Shown: positions 12,141 to 24,566 of the stretch, one piece after another
How positions within the stretch are numbered: position 1 is the stretch's first letter
Layout of the letters: the number at the start of each line of letters is the position of its first letter
DNA from: Azolla caroliniana
Taxonomy: Eukaryota; Plantae; Polypodiophyta
DNA length: 64,000 bases
NCBI GenBank assembly: GCA_043228905.1
Contig: JBHGNT010000005.1
Span: forward strand, 7,812,001-7,876,000
Direction: 5' to 3'
Notes under the pieces: generated by a model
What the model was told of the DNA's origin: nothing
The model's input: only the letters and a program-made list of their open reading frames with translations
The model's database searches: none
Position numbers and translations under genes: made by a program

Positions 12141-14187
12141 AACAACTTCCCTGATGTATTAGGCCTTGTGCATCTGCATATTGTAATGTATACACACACA
12201 CACACATATTTATGTGGTTGTAACTTGTAAAGAATCTTCCGTGTGTTGAGCCTTGTGCTTTCCTTCGGGCAAGCATGCTGATTGTTTTTGTCGAGACTCC
12301 CCACCCCCACCCCACCCTGAAGACATCACCAACTCCATGAATGTGATCGATATTATTAGGAAAGCAGACATTACATATGTACTAGAACACGATCTGAATA
12401 GACATGTCAGTGTTTGATCAAAAAGGTGTTGATGGGTTTGGATTTTATTACATATGTAGCTTGATTTATAATATACAATCATAACTTATAAGAATAAGCC
12501 TTACTTGTGGTAGGTTGGTTCATTTTGTCCATGTAAAAGTCATTGGGTTGCATGTTCGACCTCGTTTACATCACCATGGAAATGAATCGTATTTTCCTTG
12601 ACCTAATAAAATGGTCCTTGGCATGTGGATCCACCCCTCGTGGTGATTCAGTATGAATTTTACCTTTTTCTCGCAAACGTGTTGATGATTTAACATTTAG
12701 AAACCAATGAGAGAAAGTCACATTGATGTGTGTTTATTGATACTTAGTAAACTATCATTTTTTATATCCATTAAGACATAAGATGAAAGCTTGCTACTTG
12801 GATAACATTCCTAGTTTTAAGTCGTTTTGCTAAACTACTCTTTCAAAACCCACAACGCCTTGTTTCAATAGAATTCATACTCTCCACTGAACACAAATCT
12901 CATAATACGATTGTTGGCCCACGTCATGAAGGTTTGTGTTTCCACACATTCCAAAATGTATACTACAAATCCTTTGCATGAAGTTATAATCTCACTCTAA
13001 GTGAGTTGCGACATCAATAGAGATGGACATGACAACACAATACCAACCAATTAAAAATGCTTTTGCTTTCTTTTTTGAAATCTAACATGAAGTTAAGTCC
13101 CAAGGAGATAAGTCAAGTTTATAGCTCATTCACACTTTCAATTTTACATGGTCGTATCATTACAAAACTGACATAACCAACCAACTCTGATCCTGTCTCG
13201 AAGTCTATACCTAGAATAATATTTGAAAAACAATAAAAATATAAAGGGAAGTTTGTGAATGTTGAGTGGGTGTACGCTTTGTTCTTGCAAATTGTGTCTC
13301 AATGTCTATAGTATATACCTAGAGTCAAAGAATTTTCTCAAAGTTTTCACTCTCTAGTTTTTTTATCAACTTGGATGGATTTGAAACTCAATAAAATTGG
13401 TGTAAAGTGGATATATTACATACATATTTATTGACCACGGGAAGATCAAGAATACTTTTTCAATATTTCAATCTCCACATGATTATTTTATAGTTTCCAA
13501 TTGCAATCATATGTAGTGTGTATGTGATGTGCACATGTTTATGGCATCCCATCTCTCCTTGTTCTATTTTCCAATCTAACCACCTCTTGACTTCCTACTT
13601 CTCAAATAAAATAGAGTATAAAGAATGATTACAAATTGCATGAGCAAGAAAGTGTGAAATAACATATCATCAACAGCAAATGCCACAAAAGAAAAGATCA
13701 ACATCAAAAAATTGGCTATCAACAAGAAAAGGTAGCCCCAAACAGATAGCAAACAATAAATCCATACAACAATGTGGGTCAACCCATCTTGTACACAACA
13801 AGATACATTAAAGATATGCTACCATGCTAGCCCCATTGGCATTTCATTCCATACTATGATGTGAATCCCAAAATCATTCCATATTACCTTTATGTGTTTC
13901 CATTACGTAAATTGGCATTTTGAAATTGAAGGTGTAAAATATTCATATCAGAAAAAGGACGTTACATCAAAGAATTTTACATCCAGCCATATCTAATACA
14001 TATCACAAAGCTTTATCCAATTCGACAATTCACATTCGGGTAGCACCTTACAACAAGCTAAGGTGATGAGCAAGGCAATATCAAAATAAGAATGTTCCAT
14101 CCTCCCATAGCTAATACATATCCCAAGGCCTTTATATCCAATTTGATGCAACACAAATTGGGAAGGCAGTGCCACCCAAAAAAAGTC

Positions 14188-14717
14188 TGTTACCCCGTAC
14201 GAGATGTACGGAGAGTCAGTGTGATGAGCGAGGGTCGAATGTTATCATGATGTTGTTGTGTATGTGTAGGGGACATAAATGTAATTGTGAGTCTATACGT
14301 ATGTGAACACATGCACACGTGTGTGCATGTGGATGGATACGAGGAGGTGTGAGTGAGTGTCTAGTATGAATGCTCAAGGGGGCTTACACCCCTATGTATC
14401 TATCCCCTCTTGTACTATTTAACCCCTTATGGGGAATGAATGAAATATGAAGGAATCATTTCTCTCTATCTATCTCTCTTTTCATCTCTCTCTCTCTCTC
14501 TTCCCTCCCCTTAACGTTGAACCCCCTTGGGAGGGGGGTGGAGCCATTCTAGGCACCACCCCCCACCCCGCAATGCTTCTTAATGCTTGTCTTGTTCTCT
14601 ATATGATCTCTCTCACCATCATACTCTTCATCATCTTTGCTATTTCACCATGTCTATCTTCGTCATCGTTAACCATCATCATCCTTAACCCTAACCCTAA
14701 CTCTAAAACCTACAACA
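14188..14717 (+). mobile_element. Solo LTR
   Basis: TGTTA...CAACA ends with a perfect 5-bp TSD AAGTC (14183-14187 and 14718-14722). Internal TATTTAA and TC tract. Confidence 0.8.
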
Positions 14718-15424
14718 AAGTCCACTGACATGTACACCTACATAGGAAGCTATACTATGGAATATGGAATTCAGATTAGACGGTTGGGGGATGACACTGA
14801 TTACTCCTAGCCAGATATGGAAGTAGCTCAAAATGAAATAAATTCTTGTTTTTGATTTAGTACATTTATTTTAGACAAATTTCGGGCTTTTCCCATTCCC
14901 GTGGCACACTCCAAAAGCACCAATTATCTATCACTCGCAATAAACAAAGGTGATAATCATGTATACGTAGAATTCTAAGTATTCTGTATTTCAGATACAA
15001 ACTATCAATGGCCATATCAGCAACTTCAGAAAAGAAAATCAAAGTATTCAAGCTTCCACTTTAAAACCCCACATCTCAGCCCCCCGACAAAAAAAATCGC
15101 ACGAAAAAGATGAATTCAGTTTTGCTTTTCCGCAATATCGTCCATTTCCAGAACAAATATCAAGTTCTGTTTTTAAATTTGCAAGTTTCTCATATTATAC
15201 TAATGAATAAATGATTTCCTCCATGTTCATATATATAAATCAATTTATATTCACTTTTGATTGCTACGTTATCTATCAAAAGATTTGATCAACAAGTAAA
15301 TGCATCCCTCCAAGTTGATGATCAATTAAGACAATCAATTTCTTGACATCATCAAAACAAAGGCTATATATTTATATATATATATATATATATATATAGC
15401 CTCCTAACAAATTGTATCAATATT

Positions 15425-18400
15425 TTACTTGATGCCCGCAAAGGAAGGCCGAATTGCAATGAGTGGTTCACCATAGCCCACAGGTTCTGTTCCCAAACAC
15501 AAAAAACAAACAGATGAAAAAGATCAAAATATTTTAACAATGCATAAATAATATGAATAAAAGAAGACCAATCACCACATCTCTCACCTCCATCTTTGCA
15601 TAAGATCTTCATCACCTCTCCAGAATTCGGCGCCTGCAAAACAAAAATACACAATTTACCTTACATTTTATGCAAATTTTTCAAATACACAATTTACATT
15701 ATGCAAATTTTTAGGCAAATTGACCGCAAACTGATGATAACAAGAATACACAATTTACATTACATTTGATGCTCTGGCACTTGCTAATGAGGTCATGCCA
15801 CAATATGACATTGTTAAACTACATGCCAATAAAACTCGACACCTATTTTATTAATCCCCTTGTTAACATCCTACACAATATGTTTCTACATCTGCGACTA
15901 TGAACTAAGCATTCAATAAAGATAGATAAATTCTTTCCTGTTCAACCAATAACACGAAACAGATATGATAAACTCGGAAAAGGATGCAGAAACGGCATAC
16001 ATTCCATATATTGCTATATGAATGTTGTGAAGCACGACAGATGAATACATTTCTTTTCATACTGAATATATATGACCATTGAATACTCATACCTCAATAG
16101 GTTGTTGTGTGCCAAGCTGATCCACATAACATACTACTTGTCCTTCTTTAACGATTTGGCCCTGTCAAACATTGAAAGTGAGAAAATCGATGCATAAGGG
16201 GCACCAGCATGACAAAATAAAATCGCCAAAAAGGTTTCAGCTGCAAGCAATCAGCGAGTAATATTGTAGAACGAGAACAAAATAGATATATATATATATA
16301 CCTCCTCACACAATGGCCGACCACTCTTTTTCTTTACAACTCGAGACCTCCTAAAGAAGCCCACCTTTTGAAGATAAAAATTTGTTAGTTTGTATATCAA
16401 ATACTGGGACTTGGAAAAACATTTTGCTCTGGATTACTGCTACGTGCACAGAAACATTAACATACACAATCTGCAGGGTAACATAATGTACACACTAAGT
16501 ACACATCAACCTATCTCGAGTCCTCAATACATATTAACTCGTAGAAAAAGTTATTGCAAATGACTTTATGCACACTTATGGGTTATGTCGATTATGCAAA
16601 GACAAACACATCCACATGAAAATAGGTTTATCTCTATATTTATGAGTGACATCAAATGACAGTTATTAGCTATTATGTGTGCACGTCTATCTGCAAGTGG
16701 GACGATCCCTTATCATAAAGTTTGGCATCCAACAAAGGTTATATGTTCGTGCACAGAGCAATTATAGTGCCCAATAGAGAAAATAACAGGATGAACAGAA
16801 CCAAATGCAGACAGTTTTATTTCTTTATCTTTAAGATTGACATCTACGATACATTTTGACTCCTACAGAAAGTTACCACATTGCAAATGGGTTTATCCAC
16901 ATGCAAATGGGCTTATTTATCTGTATTTAAGAGCGACGTCCATGACAGTTATTAGTTCCTACATGTCGACATCCACCTGCAAATGGACTGACCTGTTACC
17001 ACTAAAATTGACACCCAATTAAGGTTATGTGTCTGTGCACAGATCTATTATGGTGCCCAAAAAGAAAAATAACTTGAAGAACACAACCACATGCAAAAGT
17101 CTAATTTCTCTATCTTTAAGATTGACATCTGATGAAGGTTATTATATGTGTGCACATCCACATCTGAATGGGCCAAAATCGTATGTCATTAAGACAGACA
17201 CCTATTGGAGATTATGTGTCACATGCACACAAAACAATAACGGTGCCAAAAACAGAAAAGATTTAATTGGACAAAAACGTCCACATGAAAATAGGCTTAT
17301 CTCTCTATCTTTAAGATTCACGTCTAATCAAGGTTATGATTAATGTCAGCATCCACATGCAAATGGGCCAAGCTCTTGATATTGTTAGGCTTGACACCAG
17401 GTGAACATTATGTGTGCAAGTGCACATAAAACAAATATTGCATCTGAAAAGGGAAAGTAATTAACTACATTCATATCATGCAAAACAAACCTTGGGAGAG
17501 GTGACGAAATGGAGTCCTTCATTGGCTGCTGCCTCCAAAAGCCCGATCTTTGATTCCCCTTTCGAGTTAGGATTAGAGAGAGCTAATGCAACAGACGGAG
17601 CAGAAGTTTTCGGTGTCGTCACAGGAGTAGTGGTGGAAATGATTCCTGATTCCTCCATAGGTTTGCTCGGAATGGGTGGAGCAACAGCTACAACTGGAGG
17701 AGTTGAACCTTTCAATTTTGTCACATCCCTCTTCACTCTTAGCTTAAAAGAATCCACCTAAAGTTGAAAAATAAAAAAGGCTCTCTTACTAATTCCAAAA
17801 AGCCCACATTTTAACTGTTTTATCACGTCCTTCTCTCTTAGTAATTCCAAAAAGCCCATGTTTTAAAAGTTTTTATCACATTCCTCTCCGTTGCTAGCCT
17901 TAAAAAGTCCACCTAGAGTTGGAATAAACGAACAAACAGCTCCTTTAGTTCTTTCAAGAACCCATATCTTGAATATTTTTGTTTTCTCATATCTTACAAT
18001 TCTCTAATGTCAATCAATAAAGCATTCTTGCATGTGATAGTTTAAAAAAATCTAAACCTTGAGCTGGAGCTCTGCAATACTCGTTTCATCGCAGATCTCC
18101 ATTAATAAGGATTGCACCTGTGAAAAAATTGTAATAATTTATATCTATACTCAATTAGATCAGCCAAAACAAGCAAACAAATCATGTTGGAGGACATATA
18201 GAACCCACCTCAAAGGAAGTGGGAGAAAGTGAATCACGTTGGTTCTTAACCTCCGGTTCATCTTCTACTTCAATAACCTCTGCAAAATGTATTCAAGATA
18301 ATATATGAATGGGTTACACAGTGTCAAGAAAAGACTATGCATGATGAGGAAGAAGGTACGCCATGTAATATCAGGATGCTAATTGACATGCTATACATGG

Positions 18401-18978
18401 GTTTTGGGTTAATGCATGATGCTGATGGAGGGACGCATGATGATAAGATACATCCATACATGCATGGCTATGAAAGAAAAAAAAACACCCATATAGGCAT
18501 GAAGGAGAAGTACATCCATACATGCATAGTGATGTAGAATTACATACATATGCATGATGATACGTGTGTAAAACACACAGGTACACCCATTCACACACAA
18601 CAACACTGACATGCATTATGGAAATGACATAAAGAATGACTGAAAAAACAGGAAAGCTTACTTTGTGCAGTATCAGCGACAGATGCAGACACCGGCTTGC
18701 GATCTCTGAGTATAGAAGACTGAAGATAAATTCTCTCTATTCTTCTCAGAGGCTGACCCATCATAATTGCAGATCTAGAACAAATTTGCGAAGGCGGGCA
18801 CAAGGGCTTGAACACATGACTCAAATTCCCTGCTCAAAGAAACAGAGCAGAAGAGAAAGAAACAGAGTGAAAACAGAGCACCAAACACAGAAACAGAGCT
18901 AGGAAGGAAGAGAATGTATATTGAACCTGGAGTTGCCATGGATGAAGCAGAGGTAGGGGAACAGAGGGACTCCATCAT
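15425..18978 (-). CDS. BADC: BADC / BCCP-like protein (non-biotinylated biotin/lipoyl-attachment-domain subunit of plastid ACCase), about 285 aa
   Basis: Nine GT-AG exons join in phase: 18978-18927, 18829-18662, 18279-18209, 18117-18058, 17757-17491, 16364-16302, 16161-16093, 15633-15588, 15486-15425 (858 nt). Motifs SFEVQSLLMEICDETSIAELQLKV, SPKVGFFRRSR, VKEGQVVCYVDQLG, DGEPVGYGEPLIAIRPSFAGIK. No AMK motif. Ser-rich transit-peptide-like N-terminus. Confidence 0.9.
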
Positions 18979-19347
18979 AAATCTAACAACTTAGATTAGA
19001 GAAGACAGAGATTTCCTGCAAAACTATATATATATATATATACCTTCTCTTCCCTTTCAGCTTCTCATATTCTTAATGAATGAAGGGGTGGGGGGGAGCT
19101 ACTTTCCTTCTTAAATATTTTTTTACTCCTTCTGTCTACTAATAACTACTTCAAAGGAAAGGGCTTTTTGCATGGAAGAAAATTGTGTATATGTAATATG
19201 TATTGTATGTTATGTTACAACTTACATATGAATTACATATATTTTAGGGGGGGGGGGGTGGGTAGATCACTTTTATGGATGGATGAAGCTTTTTTGTTCC
19301 ATTTGCAGCTTCATAGAAAAGAGATGGCCTCTTGCTCCTTGCGCCAT

Positions 19348-19818
19348 CATTAGTTTCATTAGTTCAGTTCGCTCGCCTTCCTTCCAGCATATGTATACAT
19401 AGACCATGGGCCCCTCACAAGATCCCTAGACTTCCTTTTGCTCACCATCATTGTCTCCCCCTACACCTTTCTTCGTTCGACCTCTATCGTGTTTGGCTCG
19501 CCCTCCTTGCTAACAAATAATCGTTCATGCCTCCTGCCAAATCTTGTTTATTGTCACCTCCTCCTCCAATCTTTTCTTCCATTTATTGTACCACTCCCTC
19601 TAACCTTCCTTTGAGATACTCTCTCCTAACCATCTCTTCCATAACATTTCCATGTATACTTTCTTCACCTTCATATCGGGCGGGCAAAGTGTCGAATCGT
19701 TTGTCACCTCATTTTGCTTGCCTTCCTTCCAGCATATATGTAGACCATGGGCCCCTCACGAGATCCCCAAACTTCCTTTTGCTCACCATCATTGTCACAT
19801 CATTAGTTCAGTTCGCTC
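19348..19818. repeat. Diverged direct repeat upstream of BADC
   Basis: GCCTTCCTTCCAGCATAT..TAGACCATGGGCCCCTCAC..CTTCCTTTTGCTCACCATCATTGTC at about 19375 and 19720. CATTAGTTCAGTTCGCTC occurs twice. Confidence 0.75.
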
Positions 19819-22334
19819 CCCCCCAACCCCCCCTTTTTTTAGGGCCATTACAATGTTGCAATTGCTTTCATGATTTATATGGACTCGCACATACTAGATT
19901 TTGGGTATTTCTAGCGTGTTTTCATGCTAATATATATTAACTTTGCACATCAACGTACATTCATGCTTCTAATTGTGGTTGCTAACTTGAAATTGCATGG
20001 TTCTCGCTCCTTTTCTAAACCGGGATAATGTATTGTTAGTGCCCATATAACTGTGCATTGAATCTGTGATTAGGAGCAAAATCAAGGCAGGGGATTGGGC
20101 AATCAACATTTGTGTGATCTTATCACAATCTACATTTGGGATGCCTACAATATCGACGATGTGTCTATTTGCACCCAAATCATAAAAAGAGCCAGATACT
20201 TAGCTAAGGGCGTGTGCAATAATATGCATTGTCTGATCTAGATTAAAAAATGTGCCCTACTCAAACCCTACCATTCAATATCCAGATGCCCTACTCACGC
20301 CCTAAATCACGACCTAATCACATTAACAAGATGCCCTACTCACACCTTTCCGCGGAAGACACCTATTCACACCCTTCCAACCCCCTAGACACCTTGCTCA
20401 GCACAAGACACCCCACTATAATGATTGGGTTTAGGGTATAAAATCTGCTGCCTGTCTTTCTCATACATTTTTCAAAAAACTACCTGCACCTGCAAATCAT
20501 TCAGGTATCTTTCCTTCAAATGATTCTTCAGTTTTCTGCTTTCTTCTCCTAAAAAGTTTTTAGGAATCTTCAGCTTTCCCGCACTCTGAAGATGAAATAA
20601 TCTTCAGGACACTACATATATGTTTGTCTTAAGACTAGAATGACTCAAAGAAGAGAGCATTTTAATGGTATCCTATACCTTTTTGCGACATGAGAAGAAT
20701 GTAAAGTTCCTTGAGTGAAAGCCTAAACTCCAAAATGTGTCACAGGTAGGCAGTCCATGGAGCAGTTGATCGCAATATATCCATATTGTTGTCCACAAAG
20801 ACCCAGAATCTAACCCATGCAATAAAATGGCAGCACTTGAATCTCTGGATGGATCGCCATAAAGGCCAAAATCCATGACTATCTGTCTTGAAATTCCAGG
20901 ATCAATTTGGATCCCAAATCCTCATAACTTATAGAGATCGCCGAGATTGTTATTCCGGTTTGACTTCCGCTTGTTGAACAATGATTTTGAAAATGAATAA
21001 TTAGAAATTATGTTTACTTTGAACAATGACTAGATTTTTCAAATGATTCTTCTTTGTTTTGCTTTTATCTCTCTTTTTCTGTCTCGGCTCCTTCTTGACC
21101 CTCGGTTTTGGTTTGATGTCTTGCCCTTTAAATTTCTTAACATACATTCCAACATTTCTTGGTTTCTCCTTGTCATTCAGCTTTTCGGAATCCTCATCCC
21201 AACCTATTTCACCATTTTCACTGATCAGACCTTTCTTGAAAAACAAACTGTAAAAGCTTATTTCAGATTAAAGTTATAGCTTACTGTTTAGCTGGCTCGG
21301 CCTTCTTTAAGTCAGGTGGTTTGCCATAAAAAACATACCTGTAAATTAATAGAATTTATACTAGAGCCAATTAGTAGAGATTACAAGCTTTTCAGGAAAT
21401 AAATAAGAGAAGGATGTTGTTTGGAGCATAGCAAAATACAAAATATTTAGAATTTCAGCAAAGGATTCAAAACCAAACAAGTACACATAAATGTAATGTA
21501 AAAACCCTAAAGTGGGTACTGCAACAACCTCCAAAAAATGGCCTAAATAAGTTACAAATAGTACAATGCTCACTCATCTAATTACTTCTCCAGGTTCATT
21601 AGTTAAATATAAATGCATTTGCTTGTTTTCCGTTTGTATATATATTTATCTCTAGATTTACATTTCAAAATCATTAATCTGACTTTCCTGCAGCCCACAA
21701 ACTCGTTAAATTTTTTGCCTCTGCCTCTCATTGTACATCAGCTCTTTCAGGTCTCTCAAGAATTCACTAATTATCCCCTCTTTTCATGATGTCAAAGTTT
21801 GTGACAGTAGTTGCATGTTTTTTGTGCCTCTATCCTCATGTTGTTGTGTCTCTCAAAACACATTCCTCATTATTTTGACAAATGGTTGTCTTTTGTAATT
21901 TGATTTAGATTGAATTTCTAAACTATAATAAGATGGCATGTATACATATTGCTTGTATAGATGGTTGCCACGTCCAAACACTTCGACTAGTTTGATGTCG
22001 AGTGGGGTGGTGCATATCACAATGAAGGGAGGTATGTCACTTCCTCATATTGAACAATGTATACCATGTTTATAATACAACAGTGATGCATGTGTGCTGA
22101 AAAACTGGTTTTGGTTTTAGGGTTTATGTTAGAAGGGGTCATAGAAACAACCTATCCTTGAAGAAGATGGACCCCAAACCGGAACAGGCCCCATCAAAGG
22201 AAGATGCTACCCCATTTGGTGAGTTCATGTACATCCTTATAATCCGTCAATATTTATGTATATATTGACCATGAGATTCTAATGCATATGTTACACCAAA
22301 TTTACAGACCCACTCTAGTTATTCAAGGATCAGG

Positions 22335-24146
22335 GATAGGTATGCACTCCCCTTGATCTTTAGTCTCTTAGAATGGATTAGTGGGGCAAAATATTTTACA
22401 AAAATTGATTTATGAGGTGCACATAACATTGTTTGGATTCGATTGGAAAACATCTTATTTGATTAGGAGATCGTTTGTTAGCAGAATCATTTTAGTGGCC
22501 TCATCTATGTAAATTTATCAAAGATTATGTTTGCACATGTGATACATGTTGTAGAACAAAGATGCCTTAGCATCATCCTTATGGTTTATCATAGCCATTA
22601 CCAATTCCGAGCACACCATGACAATTTATCTCTTTAGATTTTATTATGGTTCTTCTAAATTTGAAGGGGTTCAATGCCATGTTAATAGAACAATATACAA
22701 AGATGACATATTTCTTGTCATGTAGTAAAGATATCACTAGGGAGGAAACAACAAATTTAGCTATGCGTGAAGTTTGACTCCATGGTCTTCTAGAAAACAT
22801 CATCAGTGACAGTGGACCATAACTTATATCCAAAATTTGGAAGCATCTCTTCACAATGCTCAAAGTCACTTGCAAACTCTCCTAACGTTATCATCCACAA
22901 AATGATGGTCAAATAGAACATACAAATCAAACGTTGGAGTAATAGCTTTGATGCCTCATTAGTTTTCAACAAGATAATTGGGTTGATATATTACATTTTA
23001 CAGAATTTATATATAATGATTTGGTACATTCCTCTACTAGGTTTACACCATTCTATGCATAAAAAGGTTACCATCCTTAATGATGTTTATATGTGAAGCT
23101 CCCAAATTACCAAGTTACAAATCCTAGTGCTCATGGTCATTTAGGTCAACTACGCTAGATTCAGACAAAACTTTCCAATCATCTACGAGAGGCTCAAGTA
23201 ACACACTAATCTAATGTAGATTGACATCGAGTTTCATCTACTTTTCAAGTTGGAGATTGAATATAGTTATTACAATGTCATATAAAGAGTATTAGACCAT
23301 GTGTCAAATTGGATTATCAACAGTTAAGCCGTTTTGTCATTAATGGAAAAATCAATGATATAACCTTTCGCTTTGATCTGCCCCCACAATTATGCTTATA
23401 TCTAATATTTCATAGTTCCCTCCTAGAATTATATGGGATAAGTTCCATTCTCAATCATACTATATCACTTCCACTCTTTGTTGAATTTGAAGATGGACTA
23501 GAGTATGAAGTTACTGTTATTCTTGATTCCAAGATGGTTCACAACAAGCTATATTATTTGGTGGATTGGCTATAAAGTTCTAGTCCAAGCGATTGCACGT
23601 GGGAACCGACAGAGAATGTTTCAAATAGTTGAGCCCTTGCTGAGAAATTTCATGTACAATACTCTAACAAACTAGCTCTTCAACCAATGTAAACTCATTG
23701 TTCGAAGAGGGGGATAGTGTCATGATATTTTACCCTTAAAAGGATTTTCAAGAACGTATGAGCTGACGATAATGTGTCGAAGCGCTACCATTAAAATAAT
23801 CATTGCAATGCATAAAGTTATTTCCATTTATTATTTCACCCAAGGTCTAGAACTTTTTGGAATAGTTTAGAAAAAATTATGAATATCTATACTTTTGAAC
23901 ATTCTAGAAAATTTAGGAATACTCTTGAAGGACCTATGAATAGAGGCATATTGTAATATTCAAACCAATTTGGTTCAATGCTAATCTTAAGCCTCTAAGC
24001 TACTCCTATCTTTGTACTCCTTTTCTATAATATATTTTCCTTTTATCATATACTCTCCCTCCCCCCCCCTCTCTCTCTCTCTCCCTCTCTCTCTCTCTCT
24101 CAATGTATCTATCTCGTGATCTTGACGCTATAGGCAACTCATCACA
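22335..24146 (+). mobile_element. Decayed chromovirus (Ty3/Gypsy) 3' half: RT fragment, integrase, chromodomain, PPT, 3' LTR
   Basis: LPLI..SGAKYFTKIDL*GAHNIV (RT), CDTCCRTK..PYGL..ISLDFI (INT), EYEVTVILDSK..YYLVDW..TWEP (chromodomain). PPT GAAGAGGGGGATAG, then LTR TGTCATGA (23718) ... TCATCACA (24146). Confidence 0.85.
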
Positions 24147-24566
24147 AAAGATATTCATTATAGGTATTGGATAATTGTTGCAAATGGTAGCTTCATTTCC
24201 TTTATGAAAATAACTAGCATATCTACAATTTTCCATTTCTTCCATTGTGTTGAGAATCAAGCTCAACATAGCACAACGTGTGAACACACCTTTTGAGAAT
24301 CCATGGTTACTCAAAGGTCAAGAGTCACACCACTACTCTCTACACATTAACTATGTCTCATAGAATCATATTCTATGACACATAACTAATCAGTTACATA
24401 TTCCCCATGACTATGAGTCTTCACATTCCCCAAGAGAGAGTAGTTGTTGTAGTTAGTTAATGAAAAGAGAGGGTGACTATATATAAAGCAACCTTCTCCT
24501 ACTTCATACTAAGTCGGTTGTGACTCCTTGTAATGCTACATTTTGAATTTCCTATTCTATTTGTAA

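Noticed and set aside
14687-14712. Telomere-like AACCCT repeats
   Set aside because: Only 2-3 imperfect units inside a solo LTR; not an interstitial telomere array.
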